From positions 579,971 through 643,970 of the forward strand of contig CP075367.1 in NCBI GenBank assembly GCA_019454165.1: 64,000 nt of DNA. Direction: 5' to 3'. Positions 17,423 through 26,670 of this stretch are shown here, in pieces (position 1 is the first letter of the stretch; each line of letters opens with the position of its first letter). A program made the position numbers and the translations under genes. The DNA comes from Anaerolineales bacterium. Its GTDB lineage: Bacteria > Chloroflexota > Anaerolineae > Anaerolineales > UBA11579. The notes under the pieces were generated by a model. The model was not told the DNA's origin, made no database searches, and saw only the letters and a list, made by a program, of their open reading frames with translations.

Positions 17423-17803
17423 ATGAGCAAGCAATATAAGAAAGTAAAGATCAGCGCCGGCCCGCGTGGCTGGGGCGGCCCCTTGGTGATCGAGCCCAAA
17501 CCCGGCAAGGATTTGATCTACTGCGTGACCGGCGGTGGCATTCACCCCCTGGCGCAGCACATTGCCGATCTGACGGGTGGCACGCCCTTTGATGGCTTCA
17601 AGTCCAAGGCTGGCTTTGATGAGATTGCCGTCGCCATTATCGATTGTGGCGGCACCGCCCGCGTCGGCGTCTACCCCATGAAGGGTGTGATGACCGTGGA
17701 CGTGTATGCCACCAAACCGTCTGGCCCCCTGTTCCGCTTCATCAAAGAGAACATCTTTGTTTCGGGCGTCACTGAAGCTCAGGTCGAGCTGCTCGAAGAC
17801 TGA
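17423..17803 (+). CDS. srlE: PTS glucitol/sorbitol EIIB domain (N-terminal part of SrlE) as a separate gene
   Basis: ISAGPRGWGGPLVIEP...CVTGGGIHPLAQHIADLTGG...AIIDCGGTARVGVYP...PSGPLFRFIKENIFVSGV matches the SrlE N-terminal domain, including the phospho-Cys context DCGGT. Confidence 0.75.
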   Translation: MSKQYKKVKISAGPRGWGGPLVIEPKPGKDLIYCVTGGGIHPLAQHIADLTGGTPFDGFKSKAGFDEIAVAIIDCGGTARVGVYPMKGVMTVDVYATKPSGPLFRFIKENIFVSGVTEAQVELLED

Positions 17804-17833
17804 ACGTAGAAAGAAAGCTTCAAAGAAATAATC

Positions 17834-18199
17834 ATGGTCAAGTATCAGGCTCGCATCACCCACATTGGCCCGTATGTCTCCGAGTTCGTGGAGGAGAAAG
17901 TGCTGGTGTTCTTCGGCAGCCAGGCGCCCGAAGAGCTGGCCGAGTTTGCCATTCTGCATGACGGCCAAACGCTGGAAGGTCAGCTGGAGCCGGGTGACAG
18001 GATCTTCCTGGGCGAGGAGGGCTTCGCCGTGCTGGCTGTTGGCGAGGTCGCCAATAGCAACCTCGCCAACCTGGGCCACCTCGTGGTTAAGGTCAACGGC
18101 CAGCGCGAGCCTGAGATGCCTGGCGATGTGTGCGTGGAAGCCAAGCCCCTGCCGCCGATCGAGGTGGGCATGCTTGTGAGAATTGAGGATTCCAAGTAG
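17834..18199 (+). CDS. srlB: PTS glucitol/sorbitol subunit IIA (SrlB-like)
   Basis: 121 aa. MVKYQARITHIGPYVSEFVEEKVLVFFG...AILHDG matches the SrlB pattern, and the position after the IIB/IIC genes fits. Confidence 0.75.
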   Translation: MVKYQARITHIGPYVSEFVEEKVLVFFGSQAPEELAEFAILHDGQTLEGQLEPGDRIFLGEEGFAVLAVGEVANSNLANLGHLVVKVNGQREPEMPGDVCVEAKPLPPIEVGMLVRIEDSK

Positions 18200-18201
18200 G
18201 T

Positions 18202-19533
18202 ATGAAGACGCTACGCGAACGACTGCGAGAGTTTGAAGCCCAGCAGGGCCACCCCATCCGTGTGGGTTTGGTGGGGGCCGGCCAAATGGGCACTGGCCTG
18301 ATCGGCCAGATGGAATTGATGGACGGCATGAAAGCCGTTGCCGTCACCGATGTGCTGCCCCGCCGCGCCTATGACGCTTTTCACGAAGCCCAGGTCGACC
18401 CGGCCCTGATCGGCGAAGCCGCCAGCGCGGTCGAAGCCGATGCGCTGATCGCGGCCGGCAAGCGGGCCGCGTTGCAGTCCACCCAAGAGCTGCTCAAGAT
18501 CGCCAACTTGGATGTGATCGTTGAATCGACCGGTATCCCTGAAGTAGGCGCCGAGGTGTGCCTCGGCGCCATTCAGGCTGGCAAGCACATCGTCAACATG
18601 AATGTGGAAGCGGACGCCACCATCGGCTATTACCTCGGCCAGCAGGCCAAGCAGGCCGGCGTGGTGTATACCCTGGCGGCCGGGGATGAGCCCGGCGCCA
18701 TCAAGGAAATCTACGACTTTGCCGATGCGCTTGGTTTCAAGATCGTGGCCGTGGGCAAGGGCAAGAACAACCCGCTCAACCGCGCCTCCAACCCTGACAG
18801 CGTGGCTGAGAAGGCCCGCACCCGCAAGATGAGCCCCAAGATGCTCGCCTCGTTCGAGGATGGCACCAAGACGATGGTCGAGATGACCAGCATTGCCAAC
18901 GCCATCGGCTTTGTGCCGCAAGTGCGCGGCGCGCATGGGCCAGATGTCACCGTCAAGGATCTACCCAAGGTCTTCGTGCCCAAGGCGGCCGGCGGCATTC
19001 TGGAGAGCGAGAACATTGTCGAGTACGCGGTGGGTCCCGCGCCCGGCGTGTTCGTCATCATCACCACCGACCGCGAGAAGATCATTCGTGATCTCAACTA
19101 CCTCGGTCTGTCGGGCGGCGGCAACGGCTACTGGAGCCTGTACCGCCCGTACCACCTCGCAAATCTTGAGACGCCCATTTCGATCGCGCACGCGGCAATG
19201 GAAGGCCTCTCCACGCTGGTGCCGCTGCGCCCGCCGACGGCCGAAACCATCACCGCCGCCAAGCGTGACCTCAAGGCCGGTGAGCGCATTGATGCGCTGG
19301 GCGGCTTCACTGTCTACGGCATGATCGAGAAGGCCAGCGTGGCCGCCGAGCAGAATCTGCTGCCGCTCGGTCTGGCCGTCGGCGCTACCCTGGTGAAAGA
19401 CGTGCCCATGGGCCAGGCGCTGAGCTATAACGATGTGCAGCTGGATGAAAACCAGCTGATCGTAAAACTGCGCCGTGAGCAGGACCAGATGCCCGGCACT
19501 TACCAAGCTGAACATGCGAAAGCGAATACCTAG
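18202..19533 (+). CDS. NAD(P)-dependent oxidoreductase, homoserine-dehydrogenase-like with C-terminal SAF domain (COG4091-like)
   Basis: Rossmann motif IRVGLVGAGQMGTG and a C-terminal SAF-like AKRDLKAGERIDALGGFTVYG. Confidence 0.65.
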   Translation: MKTLRERLREFEAQQGHPIRVGLVGAGQMGTGLIGQMELMDGMKAVAVTDVLPRRAYDAFHEAQVDPALIGEAASAVEADALIAAGKRAALQSTQELLKIANLDVIVESTGIPEVGAEVCLGAIQAGKHIVNMNVEADATIGYYLGQQAKQAGVVYTLAAGDEPGAIKEIYDFADALGFKIVAVGKGKNNPLNRASNPDSVAEKARTRKMSPKMLASFEDGTKTMVEMTSIANAIGFVPQVRGAHGPDVTVKDLPKVFVPKAAGGILESENIVEYAVGPAPGVFVIITTDREKIIRDLNYLGLSGGGNGYWSLYRPYHLANLETPISIAHAAMEGLSTLVPLRPPTAETITAAKRDLKAGERIDALGGFTVYGMIEKASVAAEQNLLPLGLAVGATLVKDVPMGQALSYNDVQLDENQLIVKLRREQDQMPGTYQAEHAKANT

Positions 19534-20209
19534 CCCCGCCGCAAGCAAGAACGGAGGCGTGGTGGACCGCTTGTCCACTACGTACAGCCACCTGTGGGGC
19601 AAGAAGCCCCAGAGCGTGGCAAAACCGCGCGCCATCGGCTCAGACGTGCGAGACCTGTTCGCGGCGGAGGCCGTACGCGCTGGCATGATCGAGGCCGCCG
19701 CCCAGGCCGCCCAGTTGGGCCTCGTAGCCGGCCAGCTCAGCGAGGCCAGCCTGCGCCTGGCGGGCGACAAATTCCTGGTCACCGCCGCCGGCAGTTGGTT
19801 CTACGAGCTGCAAGATGCCGATCTGCTGCTGGCATCCGATGCGCCCGATAAGGGCTTCGCCGAAGAGGCGCTGCCGGCGCAGTGGCCTTTGCATCTGGCC
19901 GGCTACCGCCAGGCGCCGCAGGCCGGCGCGGCCCTGCTTGGCCATCCGGCCGCCGCTCTGGCGCTGATGGCGCAGGGCAGGCTACCCCACCCCGGCCTGC
20001 TCTCCGGTGCTGAGGCGCTGGGTCAAGTCGTCCTGTGCGCGGAGGCCGAGCAAGTCAACCAAGCGCTCGGCGCAGCCCGCGTGCTGTTTGTAAAGGGCGT
20101 CGGCATATTGGTGTTCGCCGAGACCCTGCCGCAGGCCATCATGGACCTGCAATTGGTGAACCGCCTGTCTGAGATCAGTTTGCTCCAGACCCGCGGCAAC
20201 GTGAACTGA
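19514..20209 (+). CDS. Class II aldolase/adducin-like protein with divergent active-site positions
   Basis: [38 protein letters not shown] aligns by eye to the G-N-x-S...TPSG...L region of class II aldolases. The metal-binding H-x-H region reads LLGHPAAA instead. The start is uncertain: ATG 19514 and earlier candidates overlap the upstream gene. Confidence 0.45.
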   Translation: MRKRIPSPAASKNGGVVDRLSTTYSHLWGKKPQSVAKPRAIGSDVRDLFAAEAVRAGMIEAAAQAAQLGLVAGQLSEASLRLAGDKFLVTAAGSWFYELQDADLLLASDAPDKGFAEEALPAQWPLHLAGYRQAPQAGAALLGHPAAALALMAQGRLPHPGLLSGAEALGQVVLCAEAEQVNQALGAARVLFVKGVGILVFAETLPQAIMDLQLVNRLSEISLLQTRGNVN

Positions 20210-20223
20210 GGGTCATAAGGACT

Positions 20224-21216
20224 ATGGCAAAAAGCAAGAACGCACAAACTTCGCAACCTGCCGCCAAGCGCAAGCTCAGCGACAAGCAGCTTCATGACAT
20301 GCTCTACACCATGATGCTCATTCGTCGCTTTGAAGAAAAGGCACTGGATCTGTATTCGCTGGGCAAGGTGCACGGCACCATGCACCTCTCCATCGGTCAG
20401 GAGGCTACTGCCGTGGGCGCATCCGGCGCGCTGACCCAGCAAGACTATTTGCTCAACACCCACCGCGGCCACGGCCACTGCCTCGCCTGGGGCAGCCAGG
20501 CCGACCTGATGATGGCCGAGTTCATGGGCAAAGAGACCGGCTACTGCCGCGGCCGTGGCGGCTCCATGCACATCGCCAATGTGGACGCCAACAACCTGGG
20601 CGCCAACGGCATCGTCGCCGGCGGCCTGCCCATCTCGGTTGGCGTGGGCCTCAGCATCCGCGCCCGCAACACCGAGCAAGTCGTCATGGTGGTCTTCGGC
20701 GATGGCGCTTCGAACGAAGGCGCATTCCATGAGTCGATCAACATGGCCAGCATCTGGAGCTTGCCGGTCATCTTCCTGTGCGAGAACAACCAATACGCCA
20801 TGTCCATGCCGGTTGAGAAGAGCATGAACATTGACCGCATCAGTGACCGCGCCGCCGCCTACGGCATTGAAGGCGTCACGGTGGATGGCAATGATGTCGA
20901 AGCCGTGTATGCCGCGGTGCACAACGCCCGCCAGCGCGCCGTCGCCGGCAAAGGCCCCACGCTGATCGAATGCAATACCTATCGCTACATGGGTCACTCC
21001 AAGAGCGACCGCCAGGCCTACCGCACGCGTGATGAAGTCAAGACCTGGATGGACAAAGACCCCATCGAGCGTTTGGCCGGCCACCTTGGCCTGAGCAAAG
21101 ATGACAAAGACAGCTTGTTCAAGAAAGCCGAAGCCGAGATCGAGAAGGCGGTCGAGTTTGCCGAGGCCAGCCCCGAGCCGGATGTGGCCGACATCATGGA
21201 GGGCGTGTATGCCTAG
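20224..21216 (+). CDS. TPP-dependent 2-oxoacid/acetoin dehydrogenase E1 alpha subunit
   Basis: TPP motif [36 protein letters not shown], plus HRGHGHC. Confidence 0.85.
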   Translation: MAKSKNAQTSQPAAKRKLSDKQLHDMLYTMMLIRRFEEKALDLYSLGKVHGTMHLSIGQEATAVGASGALTQQDYLLNTHRGHGHCLAWGSQADLMMAEFMGKETGYCRGRGGSMHIANVDANNLGANGIVAGGLPISVGVGLSIRARNTEQVVMVVFGDGASNEGAFHESINMASIWSLPVIFLCENNQYAMSMPVEKSMNIDRISDRAAAYGIEGVTVDGNDVEAVYAAVHNARQRAVAGKGPTLIECNTYRYMGHSKSDRQAYRTRDEVKTWMDKDPIERLAGHLGLSKDDKDSLFKKAEAEIEKAVEFAEASPEPDVADIMEGVYA

Positions 21217-22213
21217 CGCCAACGGCACGCGTGAGATCACGTACGTTGAAGCCGTGCGTGAAGCGCTGACCCAGTCCATGCAGGCCGATGAGCGCGTCTT
21301 CCTGATCGGCGAGGATATTGGCGTGTACGGCGGCGCATTTGGCGTCTCGGCCGGCATGCACGCTGAGTTTGGCGGCGAGCGCGTCATCGATACGCCCATC
21401 TCCGAAGCCGCCATCGTGGGCGCCTGCGTCGGCGCCGCTTTAACCGGCATGCGCCCGGTGGGCGAGATCCAGTTCATGGATTTCATCACCCTCGGCATGG
21501 AGCAGCTCGTGCTGCAGGCTGCCAAGGTGCGTTTCATGTTCGGCGGCAAGGCCACCGTGCCCATGGTGCTGCGCACGCCCGGCGGCTCCGGCACCGGCGC
21601 GGCCGCCCAGCACTCCGAGAGTCTCGAGACCTGGTTCACGCACGTGCCCGGCCTCAAGGTCGTCATGCCCAGCACCCCGTATGATGCCAAGGGTCTGCTG
21701 ATGGCCGCCATTCAAGACGAGAACCCCGTCATCTTTGTCGAGCACAAGCTGCTCTACAAGGTCAGCGGCCCCGTGCCCGAGGAGCCGTACACCATCCCGC
21801 TGGGCGAGCCCAACATTGTGCGTGAGGGCAAGCACCTCACCGTGGTGGCAACTTCCATCATGGTGCAGCGCGCCAAGCAGGCCGCTGAGGAGCTGGCCAA
21901 AGAGGGTATTGAGATCGAGATCGTGGATCCGCGCACGCTCAACCCGTTCGACGACAGCCTCATGATCCAGTCGGTGGTCAAGACCGGCAAGGCGCTGGTA
22001 GTGCACGAGGCCGTCAAGACCAGCGGCTACGGCGCCGAGCTCGTCTCGCGCATCGTTGAGAGCGAAGCCTTCGATTATTTGGATGCGCCGGTGCGCCGCC
22101 TGGCGGGCTTGGACATCCCCATCCCCTATAACCGCAACCTGGAGTACCACGCCGTCCCGCAGGTCGAGAACATCGTGGCCGAAGCGCGCAAACTTGTGCG
22201 CGGGGAATACTAA
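21209..22213 (+). CDS. 2-oxoacid/acetoin dehydrogenase E1 beta subunit
   Basis: Start at ATG 21209, an 8-nt overlap with the E1 alpha stop. Motifs [31 protein letters not shown]...[11 protein letters not shown]. The upstream 36 codons of the track ORF were rejected. Confidence 0.85.
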   Translation: MPSANGTREITYVEAVREALTQSMQADERVFLIGEDIGVYGGAFGVSAGMHAEFGGERVIDTPISEAAIVGACVGAALTGMRPVGEIQFMDFITLGMEQLVLQAAKVRFMFGGKATVPMVLRTPGGSGTGAAAQHSESLETWFTHVPGLKVVMPSTPYDAKGLLMAAIQDENPVIFVEHKLLYKVSGPVPEEPYTIPLGEPNIVREGKHLTVVATSIMVQRAKQAAEELAKEGIEIEIVDPRTLNPFDDSLMIQSVVKTGKALVVHEAVKTSGYGAELVSRIVESEAFDYLDAPVRRLAGLDIPIPYNRNLEYHAVPQVENIVAEARKLVRGEY

Positions 22214-23625
22214 TGGCCAAAGAAGTCATCATGCCCGTCTTTGGTTTTAACCAGGAGACGAGCCAGATCGTCTCCTGGTTGGTCAAAGACGGCCAAACGG
22301 TGGAGCAGGGCGACCCCATTGCCGAGGTCACCACAGACAAGATCAACATGGAGATCGAAGCCCCCACCAGCGGCGTGTTCAGCGCGGTGGGGTATGCCGC
22401 CGGCGAAACCGTGCCGGTGACCACCGTCATCGCCTACATTCTGGAGCCGGGCGAGAAGGCCCCCGAGACGCCTGTCAAGGCGCCCGCTGCGCCGCAGGCG
22501 GCCGCCGCCCCTGAAGAGCCCAAAAAATCAAGTTATACGCCAGACCCCCCCACCCAAAACGAACAACAACTTGACGCAGCCCCACCGCCTGCGGCCGATG
22601 GCCGCGTGGCCCCCGTATCTGACTTGGCTGCCAAAGTGGCCAGCGAACACGGCGTAGACCTGGCTGCCGTGCGCGGCAGCGGGGTGGGCGGGCGCATTAC
22701 CCGCAAAGACGTAGAAAGCTACCTGGGCAGCGGGTCTGCCGCCCCGGCTGCGGCTGCGGCCAGCGGCGCCAAAGTGCGCGCCACGCCAGCGGCGCGGCAC
22801 GCCGCCCGCCAGCGCGGCATCGCCCTCGACACCCTGCGCGGCAGCGGCCCGCACGGCCGCGTGCAGGCCGCCGATGTGGCTGCAGCCCAAGCGGCCCCGG
22901 CGCGCCCGCGGGCAGCGGCCCCGGCCCAGCCGGGCGGCGTGCTACGCATCCCCTTCACGCAGATGCGCCGCACCATCGCCGACAACCTGCAGCGCAGCAT
23001 GCAGGAGGCGCCGCACATCTACTTCCAGGTGGATGCGGATGTCAGCGCCCTCAACGACATGGTGGCCGAAGCCAACCGCCAGGCCGCCGAAGGCGACGCC
23101 AAGGTCACGCTGACCGCGGTGCTGACCAAGGCGATCGCCTGGACCCTACTGCGCCACCCCCGGCTCAATAGCCATCTGGGCCAGGGCGAAGTCCTGCAAT
23201 ACGAGGATATTCACCTCGGCATCGCCGTTGCCCTCGACGATGGGCTGATCGTGCCGGTCATCCACAACGCCGACCACAAGAGCGTGCGCCAACTGGCCGC
23301 CGAAGTGAACGATTTGGCAAGCCGCGCCCGTAGTGGTAAGCTCAAGCCCACGGATCTGCAAGGCGCAACGTTTACAATCTCCAACCTCGGCATGTTCCGG
23401 GTGGATCGCTTCACGGCGATCATTAACCCGCCGCAGGTTGGCATTCTGGCCATCGGGCGCGCCTCGCGCCGCCTGGTGCCGGATGCGCTTGGCCAGGCCA
23501 TCGTGCGGCCCATCGCCACGCTCACCCTCTCGGTGGATCACCGGGTGATCGACGGCGCGGTGGCCGCCGCCTTCCTGGATGATCTGAGCGCGGTGTGTGA
23601 ACGGCCGCATCTTATGGCGTTGTGA
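22213..23625 (+). CDS. Dihydrolipoamide acyltransferase E2 (one lipoyl domain, two peripheral-subunit-binding domains, catalytic domain)
   Basis: Lipoyl Lys context AEVTTDKINMEIEA. Two PSBD-like segments: AAKVASEHGVDLAAVRGSGVGGRITRKDV and ARHAARQRGIALDTLRGSGPHGRVQAADV. Catalytic DHRVIDGA. Confidence 0.85.
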   Translation: MAKEVIMPVFGFNQETSQIVSWLVKDGQTVEQGDPIAEVTTDKINMEIEAPTSGVFSAVGYAAGETVPVTTVIAYILEPGEKAPETPVKAPAAPQAAAAPEEPKKSSYTPDPPTQNEQQLDAAPPPAADGRVAPVSDLAAKVASEHGVDLAAVRGSGVGGRITRKDVESYLGSGSAAPAAAAASGAKVRATPAARHAARQRGIALDTLRGSGPHGRVQAADVAAAQAAPARPRAAAPAQPGGVLRIPFTQMRRTIADNLQRSMQEAPHIYFQVDADVSALNDMVAEANRQAAEGDAKVTLTAVLTKAIAWTLLRHPRLNSHLGQGEVLQYEDIHLGIAVALDDGLIVPVIHNADHKSVRQLAAEVNDLASRARSGKLKPTDLQGATFTISNLGMFRVDRFTAIINPPQVGILAIGRASRRLVPDALGQAIVRPIATLTLSVDHRVIDGAVAAAFLDDLSAVCERPHLMAL

Positions 23626-23632
23626 GCGATGA

Positions 23633-25372
23633 ATGGAAACTACGTTTGAAAACCTGATGTTCCAAGGGGTGCCGGCTTCCTCCGGTATTGCCATCGGCAA
23701 GCCGTGGGTCTACCACCCCCAGACGGTGCACATCACGCGCCGCACGGTTTCAGACGTGGAGAAAGAGCTGGCCCGTTTTGATGAGGCCAAGCAAATTGCC
23801 ATGCAGCAGTTGGCCGGGCTGCAAGAGAAAGCCCATGTTGAGATCGGCCACCACGAAGCCGCCATCTTTGAAGCCCATCAGATGTTTCTGGAGGACCCCG
23901 AGCTTATCAAAGGCATCACCCGCCGCGTGCGCGAGGAACTGATCTGCGCCGAAGCCGCGGTGGATGAGGCCGTGCAGGAAGCTGCCGCCGAGCTGGCGGC
24001 CATTGAGGATGAATATTTCCAGGCCCGCGCCATCGATCTGCGAGATGTGGGCCGCCGCTTGGTGCATTTGCTGCTGGGCGTGGATACTGAAGTCACTGAT
24101 TTCCCCGACGAGCCGGTCATCGTATTCGCTGAGGACCTGACGCCTTCGGATACCGTGCAGTTCGACCGCAGCAAGCTGCTGGCGCTGGTCACCGTGCAGG
24201 GCGGGCCTACTTCGCACACAGCCATCCTGGCCAACAGCATGGGCATCCCGGCCATCGTCAGCGCGCCGGTAGATCTGGGCGCGGTCGAGAATTCGCTGCT
24301 GGGCGTGGTGGATGGCCGCACCGGCGAAATACTGCTGGACCCTTCGGCCGATAAGCTCGAGAGCATGCAGGCCGAGCAAATCCGTTTGCAAGCCAAGCGG
24401 GATGAGGCCAAGACACGCAGCCAGGAGCCAGCCATTACCACCGACGGCCACCAGGTTGAGGTGGTGGCCAATATTGGTAATGCACAAGACGCCCGGCAGG
24501 GGTTGGAGTACGGGGCCGAAGGGGTGGGCCTGTTTCGCACGGAGTTCCTGTTTCTTGACCGGCATGCCATGCCCACCGAGTTCGAGCAGACCAACGCCTA
24601 CCGCGAGATCTTCGATGTGATGCGCGGCAAGCCGGTGGTCGTGCGCACGCTGGATATTGGCGGCGACAAATCGGTGGATTATTTGGGCTTCAAGACCGAA
24701 GCCAATCCCTTCCTCGGGTGGCGCGCCATCCGCATGATGAGCGAGCGGCCGGATCTGCTGCTGTCCCAGTTCCGCGCTCTGCTCAAGGCCGGCGTGGACA
24801 CTGACCTGCGCATCATGGTGCCGATGGTGTCACGTCTCACAGAAGTGGAGCAGGCGCGGGCTTTGCTGCGCGTGGCGCAGGAGGAGCTTGCGGCCGAGGG
24901 TGTTCCGTTCTGCCAGACCTTGCAATTTGGCATCATGATCGAGGTGCCCTCGGCGGTGTTGGTAGCCGAGCACATCGCCCCGCTGGTGGATTTCTTTAGT
25001 ATCGGCACCAACGATCTCACCCAGTACACCATGGCGGTTGACCGCACCAATGAGCGCGTGGTCAACATCGCCAGCCCCTTCCACCCCAGCGTGCTGCGCC
25101 TGATCAACCTCACCATTGAGGCGGCCCACGCGCAGGGCAAATGGGTGGGCGTATGCGGCGAGTTCGCCGGCGAACCGCTGGCCGTGCCGCTGCTGCTGGG
25201 CATGGGCCTGGACGAGTTCAGCATGTCGCCGGTGAGCGTGCCGGAGGTCAAAGACCTGATCCGCCGCTTCTCGATGGAAGAGTGCCGGGATGTGGCGCGC
25301 CGTGCCCTGCGCCTACCCAAGACCGAAGCGGTTATCTCCTATTTGCAGTCTGTCGTCAACGCCAAACAGTAG
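23633..25372 (+). CDS. ptsI: Phosphoenolpyruvate-protein phosphotransferase (PTS Enzyme I)
   Basis: GGPTSHTAILANSMGIPAIV (active-site His), GLFRTEFLF and FSIGTNDLTQY. Confidence 0.9.
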   Translation: METTFENLMFQGVPASSGIAIGKPWVYHPQTVHITRRTVSDVEKELARFDEAKQIAMQQLAGLQEKAHVEIGHHEAAIFEAHQMFLEDPELIKGITRRVREELICAEAAVDEAVQEAAAELAAIEDEYFQARAIDLRDVGRRLVHLLLGVDTEVTDFPDEPVIVFAEDLTPSDTVQFDRSKLLALVTVQGGPTSHTAILANSMGIPAIVSAPVDLGAVENSLLGVVDGRTGEILLDPSADKLESMQAEQIRLQAKRDEAKTRSQEPAITTDGHQVEVVANIGNAQDARQGLEYGAEGVGLFRTEFLFLDRHAMPTEFEQTNAYREIFDVMRGKPVVVRTLDIGGDKSVDYLGFKTEANPFLGWRAIRMMSERPDLLLSQFRALLKAGVDTDLRIMVPMVSRLTEVEQARALLRVAQEELAAEGVPFCQTLQFGIMIEVPSAVLVAEHIAPLVDFFSIGTNDLTQYTMAVDRTNERVVNIASPFHPSVLRLINLTIEAAHAQGKWVGVCGEFAGEPLAVPLLLGMGLDEFSMSPVSVPEVKDLIRRFSMEECRDVARRALRLPKTEAVISYLQSVVNAKQ

Positions 25373-25386
25373 AACCAGAGGCTTGT

Positions 25387-26229
25387 GTGTCAGTAAACGA
25401 AACTCCTGAACAATTGGAGCAGTATTTAGCATTGGCGGTGAGCTGCGCTAAAGAAGCCGGCGCGCTGCTGCTGGAAGGCTTCGAGAAACAGAAGACGATC
25501 GACCATAAGAGCTCGGCGGTGGATTGGGTCACGGAGTACGACCGCGCCTCCGAGCAGCTGATCGTCGAGCGCTTGACCGCCGCGTTCCCTGAGCACGGGC
25601 TGGTGGGCGAGGAAGGCAGCCGCCGCGAGGGCAAAGACGGCTACGCCTGGTATGTAGACCCGCTGGATGGCACGACCAACTATGCCCACCAGTTCCCTAT
25701 GTTTGCGGTAACGCTGGCTTTGTATAAAGATGATGTGCCCTTGGTGGGCGTAGTGTACGACCCGCTGCGTGATGAGCTATTCACCGCCAAGGTGGGCCAG
25801 GGTGCGTACCTGACGCGGGCCAGCGGCACGCAGCGGCTGCAGGTCAGCGGGGCGCAGGTGCTGGCCACCAGCCTGCTGGCGACTGGCTTCCCCTACGATA
25901 GCCATACCAGCCCGCACAACAACGCCACCGAGCTGGGCTTCTTTGTGCGCAAGGCGCAGGGCATCCGCCGTGCGGGCTCAGCTGCGTTGGATATGGCCTA
26001 TGTGGCTGCCGGCCGCCTGGATGGGTATTGGGAGTTCAAGCTGTTCGCCTGGGATATGGCGGCGGCTCGGCTGATCGTGGAGGAGGCCGGCGGCCGCTTC
26101 ACGCAGCCGGATGGCCAGCCGGTGAAGATGGATGTGCAACAGTCAGCCTGTGTGAGCAACACGCACATTCACGCCGAGATGCTGGCCGTGCTGGCCGAAG
26201 CGGCCCAGCAGCGCATGCGCAGTATATAA
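25387..26229 (+). CDS. Inositol monophosphatase family protein
   Basis: GTG 25387 lies just after the ptsI stop. Motifs GLVGEEG and WYVDPLDGTTNYAH, plus a C-terminal WDMAAARLIVEEAGG. The track ORF start at 25141 overlaps ptsI and was rejected. Confidence 0.8.
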   Translation: MSVNETPEQLEQYLALAVSCAKEAGALLLEGFEKQKTIDHKSSAVDWVTEYDRASEQLIVERLTAAFPEHGLVGEEGSRREGKDGYAWYVDPLDGTTNYAHQFPMFAVTLALYKDDVPLVGVVYDPLRDELFTAKVGQGAYLTRASGTQRLQVSGAQVLATSLLATGFPYDSHTSPHNNATELGFFVRKAQGIRRAGSAALDMAYVAAGRLDGYWEFKLFAWDMAAARLIVEEAGGRFTQPDGQPVKMDVQQSACVSNTHIHAEMLAVLAEAAQQRMRSI

Positions 26230-26236
26230 TCAGCGC

Positions 26237-26608
26237 ATGCATTCAGCCCCTCATGCCTGCCCTGTTTGCCAGGGCGAACTGACGCTCACTCGCCTGGTGT
26301 GCCGCGAGTGCGAAACGGTGATCGAAGGCCGCTTTGAATCGGGGCCGTTCTCGCGCCTGAGCGCGCAGCAGCTGCACTTTGTGGAAGCTTTTGTGCGCAA
26401 CGAAGGCAAGATCACGCGCATGGAGGAAGAGTTCAAGCTCTCGTATCCCACCATCCGCAGCCGCCTGCATGAGGTCATCCGTGCCCTGGGCTATGAACCG
26501 GGCAAGGACAGCCCCACCACGCTGACCGAGGAAGAACGCCGCAAGATCCTTGAGGATCTGGACAGCGGCAAGATCACTTCGGAAGAAGCAATGCGCATGC
26601 TTGAATAA
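26237..26608 (+). CDS. DUF2089-like zinc-ribbon/HTH protein
   Basis: CPVCQGEL...CRECETVIEG zinc ribbon followed by LSAQQLHFVEAFVRNEGKITRMEEEFKLSYPTIRSRL. Confidence 0.65.
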   Translation: MHSAPHACPVCQGELTLTRLVCRECETVIEGRFESGPFSRLSAQQLHFVEAFVRNEGKITRMEEEFKLSYPTIRSRLHEVIRALGYEPGKDSPTTLTEEERRKILEDLDSGKITSEEAMRMLE

Positions 26609-26636
26609 TGCGCTGCAGATTACTATCCTGACCAAG

Positions 26637-26670
26637 AAAAAAAGAGCGCTGCATTTGCAGCGCTCTTTTT
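26637..26670. terminator. Bidirectional intrinsic terminator
   Basis: A-run, then an 11-bp stem AGAGCGCTGCA / TGCAGCGCTCT with a 2-nt loop, then a T-run. It lies between convergent genes ending at 26608 and 26669. Confidence 0.75.

Noticed and set aside
21101-21208. Upstream extensions of track ORFs (21101, 25141, 34420, 39247, 41872, 49923, 52681, 3716)
   Set aside because: Each extension overlaps the preceding gene in another frame. Internal starts placed just after the upstream stop, several with an SD sequence, give N-termini that match the expected families.
20023-21711. 562-aa minus-strand ORF opposite the E1 alpha/beta genes, and similarly 60473-61738 opposite pdhA/pdhB
   Set aside because: These are high-GC shadow frames. 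The plus-strand frames carry TPP-binding and E1 beta signatures.
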